In this document: piece after piece, positions 47,623 to 56,445 of the stretch | How positions within the stretch are numbered: position 1 is the first letter of the stretch | How the letters are laid out: every line of letters starts with the position of its first letter | NCBI GenBank assembly: GCA_028066245.1 | Contig: JALCBR010000001.1 | Span: 24,184-88,183, forward strand | Source: Pirellulales bacterium | Lineage (GTDB): Bacteria > Planctomycetota > Planctomycetia > Pirellulales > S012-138 | DNA: 64,000 bases | Direction: 5' to 3' | Program-made: the position numbers and the translations under genes | The notes under the pieces: generated by a model | Seen by the model: the letters and a program-made list of their open reading frames with translations, nothing else | Database searches by the model: none | Told to the model about the DNA's origin: nothing

Positions 47623-48930
47623 ATGGAGTCAACCATGAAACTTCATCGCCAAACACACGTTCGCTTGCGTCGGGGGTCGGTGGTAGGGCGCAGGGATTTC
47701 CTCCGTGGCATTTCCGCGGCTTCGCTGGCCGCAGGCACATTGGGTTGGCATGATTTGCTGACATCGCAAGCCGCCGATCTGCAGAATCGCGGTATGGCGT
47801 GTATTTTGTTGTGGATGCAAGGAGGACCTAGCCAGTTTGAAACCTTCAGCCCCAAACCGAGGCACGCCAACGGTGGAGAGACCAAAGCCATTTCCACGTC
47901 CGTGCCAGGCATTCAGATTGCCGAGCATCTGCCCAATCTGGCCGAGGTGATGGACGATGTCGCCATTATCCGTTCCATGACAAGTCGAGAAGGGAGTCAC
48001 CCCAGGGCCACGTCACTGTTGCACACGGGCTATCTTCCCACCGCCAGTATCAAGTATCCCACTTTCGGTTCGCTGGTGACGCAGCAGATTACCAATGAAG
48101 CCTGCGAGCTGCCTTCCTTTGTGCGAGTGGGCAATCCAGGGCGGAACCGTACGAGCGCGGGTTTCTTGGGCGTTGATTATGACGCCTTTGCGGTGACGCG
48201 CAGCGGCCAACCGCCGGCCAACTCGCGCCTTGGCGTGGGGGAAAATCGTTTTCGTCGACGTTTGAATTTGCTCGATCAATTACAGACGTCAGGCACTGAT
48301 GGACAGTCCGACGGCTACGTGCAAGATCACCTGGCACTCTATCGCAAAGCTTCCAAGATGATTCTTAGTCCGCAAATGGAAGCGTTTGATATCAGTAAAG
48401 AGTCCCAGCAGGTGCGGGAGTCGTACGGCGAGGGGAACTTTGCCAGCGGCTGCTTGTTGGCTCGCCGATTGGTTGAATCGGGCGTGACCTTTGTAGAGGT
48501 CGTCTTGAATGGTTGGGATACTCATCAAGATAACTTCACCCGCGTCAAGGAGTTGGGCGGGCAAATCGATCAACCGATGGCGCAATTGATTCGTGATCTT
48601 AAAGAACGTGGCATGCTTGATTCCACGCTGATCATCTGGATGGGGGAATTCGGTCGGACGCCCAAGATCAACGCTCGCACCGGCCGAGATCATTTCCCGC
48701 GCGCTTTTAATGTGGCGCTGGCAGGTGGTGGTGTCCGCGGTGGGCAAGTTATTGGCGCCACCAACGCCGCCGGCGACGAAGTGACTGATCGCCCTGTCGG
48801 TGTCACGGATCTCTTTCAATCTTTCTGCAAGAGCCTGAAGATTGACGCGGACGCAGAGAACATGAGCTCGGTTGGCCGGCCGATTACTGTTGTTGACGGC
48901 GGTGAGCCGGTCAATGAACTGTTTTCTTAG
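47623..48930 (+). CDS. DUF1501 domain protein (sulfatase-like fold) with a Tat signal
   Basis: The twin-arginine motif is GRRDFLRGISAASLAAG. DUF1501 pattern is LWMQGGPSQFETFSPKP. It is the canonical partner immediately after a DUF1549/1553 gene. Confidence 0.85.
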   Translation: MESTMKLHRQTHVRLRRGSVVGRRDFLRGISAASLAAGTLGWHDLLTSQAADLQNRGMACILLWMQGGPSQFETFSPKPRHANGGETKAISTSVPGIQIAEHLPNLAEVMDDVAIIRSMTSREGSHPRATSLLHTGYLPTASIKYPTFGSLVTQQITNEACELPSFVRVGNPGRNRTSAGFLGVDYDAFAVTRSGQPPANSRLGVGENRFRRRLNLLDQLQTSGTDGQSDGYVQDHLALYRKASKMILSPQMEAFDISKESQQVRESYGEGNFASGCLLARRLVESGVTFVEVVLNGWDTHQDNFTRVKELGGQIDQPMAQLIRDLKERGMLDSTLIIWMGEFGRTPKINARTGRDHFPRAFNVALAGGGVRGGQVIGATNAAGDEVTDRPVGVTDLFQSFCKSLKIDADAENMSSVGRPITVVDGGEPVNELFS

Positions 48931-49045
48931 GGCCGCTTGAGATCACGGGAAATCCCCGCAACAAGCCCTACGCTGGAGGGCAGCACCAAGTGTCCCAACG
49001 TTGAGCTACGCACAGCCAACAGTACCCGCCGAGTCTCATCGATGC

Positions 49046-49076
49046 CCCACCATCGGTCCTCGGTGGGTACTTTTTA
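49046..49076 (+). terminator. candidate rho-independent terminator
   Basis: Stem CCCACC/GGTGGG has a 10-nt loop and is followed by TACTTTTTA, about 115 nt after the DUF1501 stop. Confidence 0.45.
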
Positions 49077-49236
49077 TGCTGGAGCCATTGCTGTAGGCCA
49101 AGATTTACTGTTCAGGCCACAAAGCACGGCACTTTCGTGCAGCCACGCAGATCCCTTACTGAGGTTCGATCCCTGCCGCAGCTCACAGCTTGCTGAAGTC
49201 TGAACAAGCGCCTCAGCAACTTGTCGCAGGCCGTTT

Positions 49237-49590
49237 TTAGAGCTTGGCAAAAGCCGCCAGGGCTTTCGCTTCCGACGCCTGGATGTCGAAAACCTTGTCC
49301 AATCGCGTGATCTTGAACACTTGCAACAGGTCTTTGGCGATGTCGCAGAATTTGAGATGAACCTCGCGATCGCCACAGATTTTGTTGATCTTGATCAGTT
49401 TCCCCAAGACGGCCGAGGACATGAATTGAACTTCGGCGAAGTTCAACAGCAGTTTCTTCTCCTCGCAATGTTCCACGATTTTCATGAGTTCATCGCCCAT
49501 CTCCTCGATCTTGCCTTCATCGAGAATTTGCGCATCTGTGAACTTCAGGACCAGCACATCGCCTTCTTGCTTGCTATCAATCTGTGGCAC
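49237..49590 (-). CDS. STAS-domain protein (anti-sigma-factor antagonist, SpoIIAA-like)
   Basis: The STAS pattern is present: ..VLVLKFTDAQILDEGKIEEMGDEL..LLLNFAEVQFMSSAVLGKLIKINK... A GTG at 49590 with GGGAAG upstream gives a typical 118-aa size. The longest ORF extends to 49698. Confidence 0.7.
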   Translation of the reverse strand: MPQIDSKQEGDVLVLKFTDAQILDEGKIEEMGDELMKIVEHCEEKKLLLNFAEVQFMSSAVLGKLIKINKICGDREVHLKFCDIAKDLLQVFKITRLDKVFDIQASEAKALAAFAKL

Positions 49591-49732
49591 AACAGCTTCC
49601 CTGGTGTGGGTTCGTGGAGCATTCCGTCTGCCTAGATCGTATGGCGCGCATGCACGGCAGGGAAGTCGCGGAGTCCAGATTCTGAAAATCTGTGTCACCT
49701 TCCGGCAAGCGCGCTGTACTCAAAAAAAATCT

Positions 49733-50347
49733 TTAGCGAGTTTCGCTCTTAACAAGAGTTGCGAGCTTCGCGGAAAGTTTGCGCATCGCTCTGCCACGAT
49801 GGCTGAGCGCTGACTTGACGGCAGCGCCCAATTCCGCAAACGTCTTACGGTATTCGGGGATTTCAAACAATGGATCGTACCCAAAACCTTCCGTTCCGCG
49901 AGGGGTCGAGAGAATCTCTCCCCGACAGATTTCTTCCAGGTCAATGAGGATCTCGCCTCGTTCATTGGCCAACGTCACATGGCAAACGTAATGAGCGTTA
50001 CGCTCAGCAGACGCAGCACTTTGCAGCTCTTCCAAGAGGAGCAAATTGTTGCTCTTGTCTGTCGCGTCAGCGCCAGAATACCGAGCAGAGTAAATGCCTG
50101 GACGGCCGTCGAGCGCGTCGACACAGATGCCGCTATCTTCGCCCAACACCCACTCACCCAAGTGTTGGGCTTGCTGGATGGCTTTTTTGGCCGCGTTTTC
50201 TGCAAATGTCTCCCCGTCTTCAACAACATCAATCGCCTGGGGATAGTCAGCCAGCGTGCGAAGTTCAATCTTCAAGCCTGCGAGTAATTGTTCCAGCTCG
50301 CGGCGTTTTTTGAGATTACGAGTTCCCAGAATCAGAATGCGGGGCAT
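49733..50347 (-). CDS. rdgB: non-canonical purine NTP pyrophosphatase (RdgB/HAM1 family)
   Basis: ILILGTRNLKKRRELEQLL, GIYSARYSG and GFGYDPLFEIPE motifs are present. Confidence 0.9.
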   Translation of the reverse strand: MPRILILGTRNLKKRRELEQLLAGLKIELRTLADYPQAIDVVEDGETFAENAAKKAIQQAQHLGEWVLGEDSGICVDALDGRPGIYSARYSGADATDKSNNLLLLEELQSAASAERNAHYVCHVTLANERGEILIDLEEICRGEILSTPRGTEGFGYDPLFEIPEYRKTFAELGAAVKSALSHRGRAMRKLSAKLATLVKSETR

Positions 50348-50550
50348 GAACGTCAGATTTCTTTGTGGGAAATATTCGGCAAAACTTGCATCCGCCAGCG
50401 GCAGCTGCCGAACTGCTTTAGCGCTAGGTCTAGGCTCGATATGCTAAAGCGAACATGCTCCAGAAATAAGGCGTATTCTTGCTCCTTCTTTGCTGCACGA
50501 AGGTTGTCAAAGCCAGCGTACGCTTGTGCGCGTCATCTCGCGAGGTTCCG

Positions 50551-52782
50551 ATGCACAAACCCAACAGCCTCCCTGGAACTCTAATGCAGCTGCGATGTTC
50601 ATCTCGCGCCGTCTTACTCCTGACCTACCTGGCACTGGCGGGATTCATTGCTGGAAGGCAAGGTTCCTCGGCACTTGCGGATGTATCACAAGTGGTTGTT
50701 TCGCGCCCCGACAGAGAGGTGCAGGAGGTCGTCAAACAAGACTCTGAGCCTCAACATCCGTTTCCCAATGCAGAGTCGGCGCCAAACCTGGAAGGGGGCG
50801 TCGCTTGGCTGAACACGGCCGGTCCGCTTGATCTGCGGATGTTACGAGGGAAGTTTGTCATTCTCGACTTTTGGACCTATTGCTGCATCAACTGCATCCA
50901 TGAGTTGCCGCAGCTTAAACAGCTTGAAGAAGCGTATCCGAATGAGCTTGTCGTCATCGGCGTGCATTCGGCCAAGTTCGATACCGAGCAGAATACGGAG
51001 AATATCAAAGAGGCCATCCTCCGCTACGAGATCAAACACCCGGTGGTGAATGATGCCGCGCATCGCATTTGGGATCGTTACGGCATCGCCAGCTGGCCCA
51101 GTTTGCGAGTCATCGACCCCGAGGGCAACCTGGTCGCGGGAGAAAGCGGGGAGGTTCCCTTTGAGATGCTGAACGCGTTCATGCAGAAGGCCATGCCGTA
51201 CTACGAATCACGTGGACTACTGGACAAAACGCCGTTGCGGTTTGAACTGGAAGAATATGCGGCAGATCGCACACCGCTTCGCTTTCCCGGCAAAGTGTTG
51301 GCGGACGAAGCATCGGGGCGACTGTTCATTGCTGATAGCAACCACAACCGGATTGTGATGACGACGCTCGCCGGTGAGTTGCTGGCCACCATCGGCAGTG
51401 GCGAAATCGGCGCCGATGACGGCGACTTTGCCAACGCCCAATTTGATCATCCTCAAGGCATGGCGCTGCACGGCGACACACTCTACGTGGCCGATACCGA
51501 GAACCACACCATTCGCAAAGTGGATCTAGACGCGAAAACAGTCAGCACAATTGCCGGAACCGGTGAACAGGGCCGTTCACCCTGGCCAGGCTATGTTCGC
51601 GGCGGAGCGCTTCCGGAAAGATTTATCGGTGATCCCAAGACGACCGCCATCGCAAGCCCATGGGATTTGGTTTTGCATGACAATGCGCTCTACATCGCGA
51701 TGGCAGGTCCGCACCAGATCTGGAAGATGACGCTCGATGAGCGGGAGATCGGACCCTATGCCGGCAACGGGCGAGAGGACATTATCGACGGCGCGCGGCT
51801 GCCGGAGATCCCTTACGCAGAGTACAACACGCGGGATGACGCGCCGGAGCGGATTGCAGTCTCTGCGTTCGCACAACCCAGCGGTCTGGCCACGGACGGA
51901 ACATGGATCTACGTGGCGGACAGCGAAGGAAGTTCCGTGCGAGCTGTCCCCTTGGACCCCCAACTTCCGGTGCGCACGGTTGTCGGCACGGCGCATCTGC
52001 CTTTCGGTCGCTTGTTCGAGTTTGGCGATGTCGACGGGAAGGGGAAGGCCATTCGCATGCAGCATTGCCTGGGGGTCGCGCACCGCGAAGGTAAGCTCTA
52101 TGTGGCGGATACCTACAACAACAAAGTGAAGGAGTTCAACCTGGAGTCTCAGACAATGCGCACGTTGGCTGGCGACGGACAGCCGGGCACCAGCGATGCT
52201 CCGGCACAATTCGACGAACCTGCCGGCATCAGCCTCGCAGGGGACCAACTGTTTGTTGCTGACACCAACAATCACTTGATTCGCATGATTGACTTGGACG
52301 CAAGCGAGGCTGTGTCCACGCTGCAGATTTCTGGGCTTGAACCGCCTGCGAAAAGGCCGGTACCCGTCAATCTGTTTGCCAATGCGCAGGTGCAGGACGT
52401 TCCCGAGGTGGTCGTAAAGCCAGGCGATGGTCATATCACCGTCCGCGTGAAGATCCAGTTGCCGCCTAGCTGGAAGATCAACCCGCAAGCGCCCTTGGTC
52501 TGGCAAATGGGTGCCGAAGCAGCGCAAGGCGCCATCGACCGGTCCGGTTTTGGCGAAGTGAAGACTATCGAAAACCCAAGCCAGCAATTTGAGATTAAGC
52601 TGGCGGTTGACCCTTCCGTTTCCCTAAGCGATGTCGTTCGGCTGGCCGTTAATTTCTACTATTGCCAGCCAGGAAACGAAGGGCTGTGCAAGGCGGGCAT
52701 TGCCGCTTGGAGGGTGCCGTTGAAGATTGACGAAAACGCAGAAATCTCAGTGGTGGAGCTTGAGACCAAGGTCGAGGAGTGA
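50551..52782 (+). CDS. thioredoxin-like (redoxin) domain + NHL-repeat beta-propeller protein
   Basis: The redoxin motif is FVILDFWTYCCINCIHELPQL. Repeated NHL-type units follow (F..P.G.A..G..L(Y/F)(V/I)ADT.NH.IR). ATG at 50551 is followed by a signal/anchor segment. Confidence 0.85.
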   Translation: MHKPNSLPGTLMQLRCSSRAVLLLTYLALAGFIAGRQGSSALADVSQVVVSRPDREVQEVVKQDSEPQHPFPNAESAPNLEGGVAWLNTAGPLDLRMLRGKFVILDFWTYCCINCIHELPQLKQLEEAYPNELVVIGVHSAKFDTEQNTENIKEAILRYEIKHPVVNDAAHRIWDRYGIASWPSLRVIDPEGNLVAGESGEVPFEMLNAFMQKAMPYYESRGLLDKTPLRFELEEYAADRTPLRFPGKVLADEASGRLFIADSNHNRIVMTTLAGELLATIGSGEIGADDGDFANAQFDHPQGMALHGDTLYVADTENHTIRKVDLDAKTVSTIAGTGEQGRSPWPGYVRGGALPERFIGDPKTTAIASPWDLVLHDNALYIAMAGPHQIWKMTLDEREIGPYAGNGREDIIDGARLPEIPYAEYNTRDDAPERIAVSAFAQPSGLATDGTWIYVADSEGSSVRAVPLDPQLPVRTVVGTAHLPFGRLFEFGDVDGKGKAIRMQHCLGVAHREGKLYVADTYNNKVKEFNLESQTMRTLAGDGQPGTSDAPAQFDEPAGISLAGDQLFVADTNNHLIRMIDLDASEAVSTLQISGLEPPAKRPVPVNLFANAQVQDVPEVVVKPGDGHITVRVKIQLPPSWKINPQAPLVWQMGAEAAQGAIDRSGFGEVKTIENPSQQFEIKLAVDPSVSLSDVVRLAVNFYYCQPGNEGLCKAGIAAWRVPLKIDENAEISVVELETKVEE

Positions 52783-52852
52783 CCTCGCGTTCTCAGTTGT
52801 TTGCCTCAACCCAGATTCTATAGTGCACGATGAACTATTGACCAAGAGTCGC

Positions 52853-53716
52853 TTAAAATGCCTGTAGCCGCGCTGCCTGCAACGTATTGAATAGCAGCAT
52901 GGTCACAGTCATCGGTCCCACGCCGCGTGGAACAGGCGTGATGTGAGAGGCAATCTCTTTCGCCCCGTCGAAATCGACATCGCCCACCAGGCCGTCTTCC
53001 GTGCGATTGATGCCAACATCCACGACCACCGCACCTGGCTTGATCATCTCCGCGGTGAGCATTCGTGGACGACCGATGGCCGCCACCAGGATGTCTGCGG
53101 TCCGGGTTATTTCCGCCAGGTCAGACGTTTTGCTGTGGCAGACAGTCACCGTGGCGTCTCCGTCTGCACCGCGAGTCAGCAACATATTGGCCAGGGGTTT
53201 GCCCACAATATCGCTACGGCCGGCAATGACGATGTGCTTCCCTACTGTTGGGACTTCATAACGTCGCAGTATCTCGCGCACGCCCGAAGGTGTGCAGGGC
53301 AAGTAACGTGGGCGACCTTGCACCAATAAACCGACATTCTCCGGATGGAACGCGTCCACGTCCTTCATCGGATTGACGGCCCGTAAGATCCGCTCCGTGC
53401 TGATGTGGCCTGGCAAGGGCAATTGCACCAGGATGCCATGCACATCATTGTCTTTGTTCAGCCGCGTGATAAGCGCTAAGAGATCGTCCTCCGCCGTATC
53501 GGCATCGAGTCGATGTAACTCGCTTTCAATGCCTGCTTTCTGGCAAGCGATCTGCTTGTTGCGAACGTAAACTTCGCTGGCAGGGTCTTCCCCTACCAGC
53601 ACGGCGGCAAGCTTGGGCGTGATGCTGTTGTTCTCGAAAAAGTCTGTGACTTCTTCAGCAAGTTCACCGCGCATGTCTTGGGCGAGCTGTTTGCCGTCCA
53701 GAATGATGGCCGTCAT
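52853..53716 (-). CDS. folD: bifunctional methylenetetrahydrofolate dehydrogenase/cyclohydrolase
   Basis: MTAIILDGKQLAQ.., LAAVLVGEDPASEVYVRNK, GILVQLPLP and PVPRGVGPMT are present. ATG at 53716 is preceded by GGAGAGGAGG. Confidence 0.95.
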   Translation of the reverse strand: MTAIILDGKQLAQDMRGELAEEVTDFFENNSITPKLAAVLVGEDPASEVYVRNKQIACQKAGIESELHRLDADTAEDDLLALITRLNKDNDVHGILVQLPLPGHISTERILRAVNPMKDVDAFHPENVGLLVQGRPRYLPCTPSGVREILRRYEVPTVGKHIVIAGRSDIVGKPLANMLLTRGADGDATVTVCHSKTSDLAEITRTADILVAAIGRPRMLTAEMIKPGAVVVDVGINRTEDGLVGDVDFDGAKEIASHITPVPRGVGPMTVTMLLFNTLQAARLQAF

Positions 53717-54008
53717 CGAGTTCCTCCTCTCCGGCGAAACGTCAGCGAAGCTATCCGGAGCTTGAGCGTGCAGGCGATGGCTGCCGATGGCAACATGTCG
53801 CTCTGATGAAACGCGAAAAGTCAAACCCGGGTAGAAAGTTTTGCTGATCTTTGCCGGTGGTCCCTAAGTTGGTCCGCGCGTGGCAGTATCGGCATCTTGA
53901 CAGGTTGGAACAAGGGGCACGCTGCCGCGAGGCGAAAAATGAAGTACGTTTGGAATACCCTTTGTGGAACGCAACTTCATTTGATTGCACTCTTGAGTCC
54001 GGCAGACG

Positions 54009-54353
54009 ATGAACGCAGAACCCATCTTGGACAATCCCACCGCGTCAGCGACGCCACCACAAACCCAGATCGCAGAGCGGCGACAAGCGCCTCGCGTGCC
54101 GTATGACGTCATGTTTCAAGCGGCCTTCTCGCCAGAAGAATCGCCATTGCGGTTCGTCAATGTTTGGGGCAACAACATCTCACCGACAGGAATCTCGTTC
54201 CTGAGCCCTCAGCCACCGGTCTGCGAGAAAGTCGTACTCCGGTTTGGGGAGCATACGCAGCTCTTCACCCGAGTGTGCCATCGCCAAGTCGTCGATCAAG
54301 ATGGCCATACGGCCTATTTGATCGGTTGCGAGTTTTTGCATGGGCAGAAGTAG
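54009..54353 (+). CDS. PilZ domain protein
   Basis: The c-di-GMP-binding motif pair is present: RRQAPR (RxxxR) and NNISPTGISF (D/N-x-S-x-x-G). Confidence 0.7.
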   Translation: MNAEPILDNPTASATPPQTQIAERRQAPRVPYDVMFQAAFSPEESPLRFVNVWGNNISPTGISFLSPQPPVCEKVVLRFGEHTQLFTRVCHRQVVDQDGHTAYLIGCEFLHGQK

Positions 54354-55245
54354 CAGGCTGTTGATTAATCAATAGCCTGTGTGATCCCAGGGTGTTTTCA
54401 ACAGCCTGGTACGGCCAACTTGTTGAACGTTTGCAGGTGACGTGATCGGTCGCCATTTTGTAAACCAGCAACAAAGCGAGCCAGCGCGTTCTTTGCTCGC
54501 GCGAGTGTTTTTGCAAGTCTTACAATCTGCTGTGGCGATTTCGAGATTCCGTCGATTTTGGCTTAAGTCACAAACTGCTACTCCAAGCAACGTTACGTCG
54601 CGGCTGAACTGATCTTCTCGGAATGATTTCCGAGAACGGCGCGCCATCTGCTTTACCTGAACGCAATTGACCCAGGTGGCCCCGACAGGGTCGTTCGCCC
54701 TCTCGGGGCCATTTCCCGCTGTGACCCAGACGGGGCGATCGCGGAAGACCGCGATTCTTTGCCGTGAATCTTAGACCGGCCGCATCGGCCAGCGCCCGCA
54801 TCGGGCGAGTAGCAGCTTTTCACGGTCGCATGGCCTGAATTCTCGACAAGGATGTCGAGCCAGGCTCTTGCTGCGTTTGGGCGCTGTCCGCAGATTATGC
54901 AGAAGCACGTGAGCGTCATCATTGGCTAGGCTTGGCCAAGTCACGGATGACAGCGGCCCGTTCTTCAGCCACCGGTTCCAGCCTTTTCAGCTCCCTCAAT
55001 GGCGTTGTTGACGTTCACTCGGACGTCGCAACCAACGAGTATCAAAGCGAGGGGCAGATCAGCAGAGGCTGAACGGTTCGTGTGCTCATCGGTGGGGTTG
55101 AGGCATTGCATGGGTTGCTTTCCTGCGCATGGCAACTCGCTATATTACACTTAGGTGGAAGTCACGGGCTTCCAACTTGCACTGTCGGCGGCGAGCACGA
55201 GAGCTTGCTGTCGAAATTGACGGATTTCGCCGCGAAGGATCGCTG

Positions 55246-56445
55246 ATGGTTTCCTTTCTCCACACGGCCGATTTGCACTTGGGGCTGCGTTTGACGCGGT
55301 TTCCAGAGCATATCGTCAAGAAACTCCAAGACGCCCGCTTTCAGGCGATCGAACGGATTCTGCACACAGCCACTCAGCGGCACGTTGACTTCCTACTGAT
55401 TGCTGGTGATCTCTTTGATGATCACTCGATTGATGCTCGCTTGGCTCGGCGCGCTTTTGAGATTCTCGCGTCCTCGCCGGCGCCTGTGTTTGTGATTTCC
55501 GGCAACCATGATCCACTGATTCCCGGCGGCATTTGGGATCGGGAGCCGTGGATCACTGCGGACAGCGGCCAAGTCCGCTTTCTCCGCGACCGCAAGCCAT
55601 ACGAAGTACAAAGCGGCGTTGTGCTCTACCCTTGTCCCGTGATGTGCAAGACTTCACGGGAAGATCCTACTGCCTGGATTCCCACCGAAGAGATCGACGC
55701 GGACTGCGTTCGGATCGGGATTGCGCATGGAAGCTACAACTGCCGTCCTGGCCTTCCCGAAAACGATCATCTGATCTCCGAGAATGCGCCGCAGTCGCGG
55801 AAGCTCGACTATTTGGCGCTGGGGCACTGGCATTCCCGGCAGGTTTTCCCGGATCAAGCCGGTGTGACGCGCGTTGCCTATCCCGGCGTGCACGAACCGA
55901 TGCGTTACCAAACCAGCGAAGACATTCGCACGGGCTGGACGCCGTACTCGGATGATCCGCAGCGCCAAGAGTTTCGTGATGACGGTCGTGGAGAGATCCT
56001 GCACGTCACCATTGATTCGCCTGGCGCGCCGCCACATGTAGAAGCCGTGGAAGTGGGACGGCTGCGCTGGGAGCAACATCTACGAGAACTGCAAGTCGAG
56101 GAAGATCTCTCGCACCTGATTGCCGAGGTAGCTGCCGATCCCGCGCGAGAACAGCGCGTGCTCCGACTCAAGGTCACAGGCAGATTGCCAGCGGGAGCCT
56201 TCGCGAGATTGCAGGAGCTTCGCGATGTGTTGGAAGCTCGCTACGCGTATGGAGAACTGATTGATGAAGATTTGCAATTGACTGCTGAGGAGAGCGAACT
56301 CCGTGACATCGCGGGAGCAGGTGTAACTGCTCGCGTCTTTAGTCGCCTACGGGAAGAAACTCGCGACGCGCGGCGAGAAGTACGCAAGCCTGCGGAAGCC
56401 GCGCTGGCGGCGCTCTATCAAATTGCGACGGAGGGTCAGGCATGA
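55246..56445 (+). CDS. SbcD/Mre11-type metallophosphoesterase (YhaO-like) with a helical C-terminal extension
   Basis: The phosphoesterase motifs are present in order: DLHLG, GDLFD, GNHD and GHWH. ATG at 55246 follows GAAGGA. Its stop overlaps the next start (ATGA at 56442). Confidence 0.8.
   Translation: MVSFLHTADLHLGLRLTRFPEHIVKKLQDARFQAIERILHTATQRHVDFLLIAGDLFDDHSIDARLARRAFEILASSPAPVFVISGNHDPLIPGGIWDREPWITADSGQVRFLRDRKPYEVQSGVVLYPCPVMCKTSREDPTAWIPTEEIDADCVRIGIAHGSYNCRPGLPENDHLISENAPQSRKLDYLALGHWHSRQVFPDQAGVTRVAYPGVHEPMRYQTSEDIRTGWTPYSDDPQRQEFRDDGRGEILHVTIDSPGAPPHVEAVEVGRLRWEQHLRELQVEEDLSHLIAEVAADPAREQRVLRLKVTGRLPAGAFARLQELRDVLEARYAYGELIDEDLQLTAEESELRDIAGAGVTARVFSRLREETRDARREVRKPAEAALAALYQIATEGQA

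Noticed and set aside
49160-49195. A T-arm-like GAGGTTCGATCCCTG box, possibly a tRNA or the far att repeat of the tRNA-Thr island.
   Set aside because: The flanking bases do not form a T stem, acceptor or anticodon arm, and the sequence does not match the tRNA-Thr 3' end (GGGGGTTCGACTCCCCC).
51577-52587. A 336-aa minus-strand ORF.
   Set aside because: It is antisense to the thioredoxin-NHL gene and is a typical long shadow ORF of GC-rich coding DNA.
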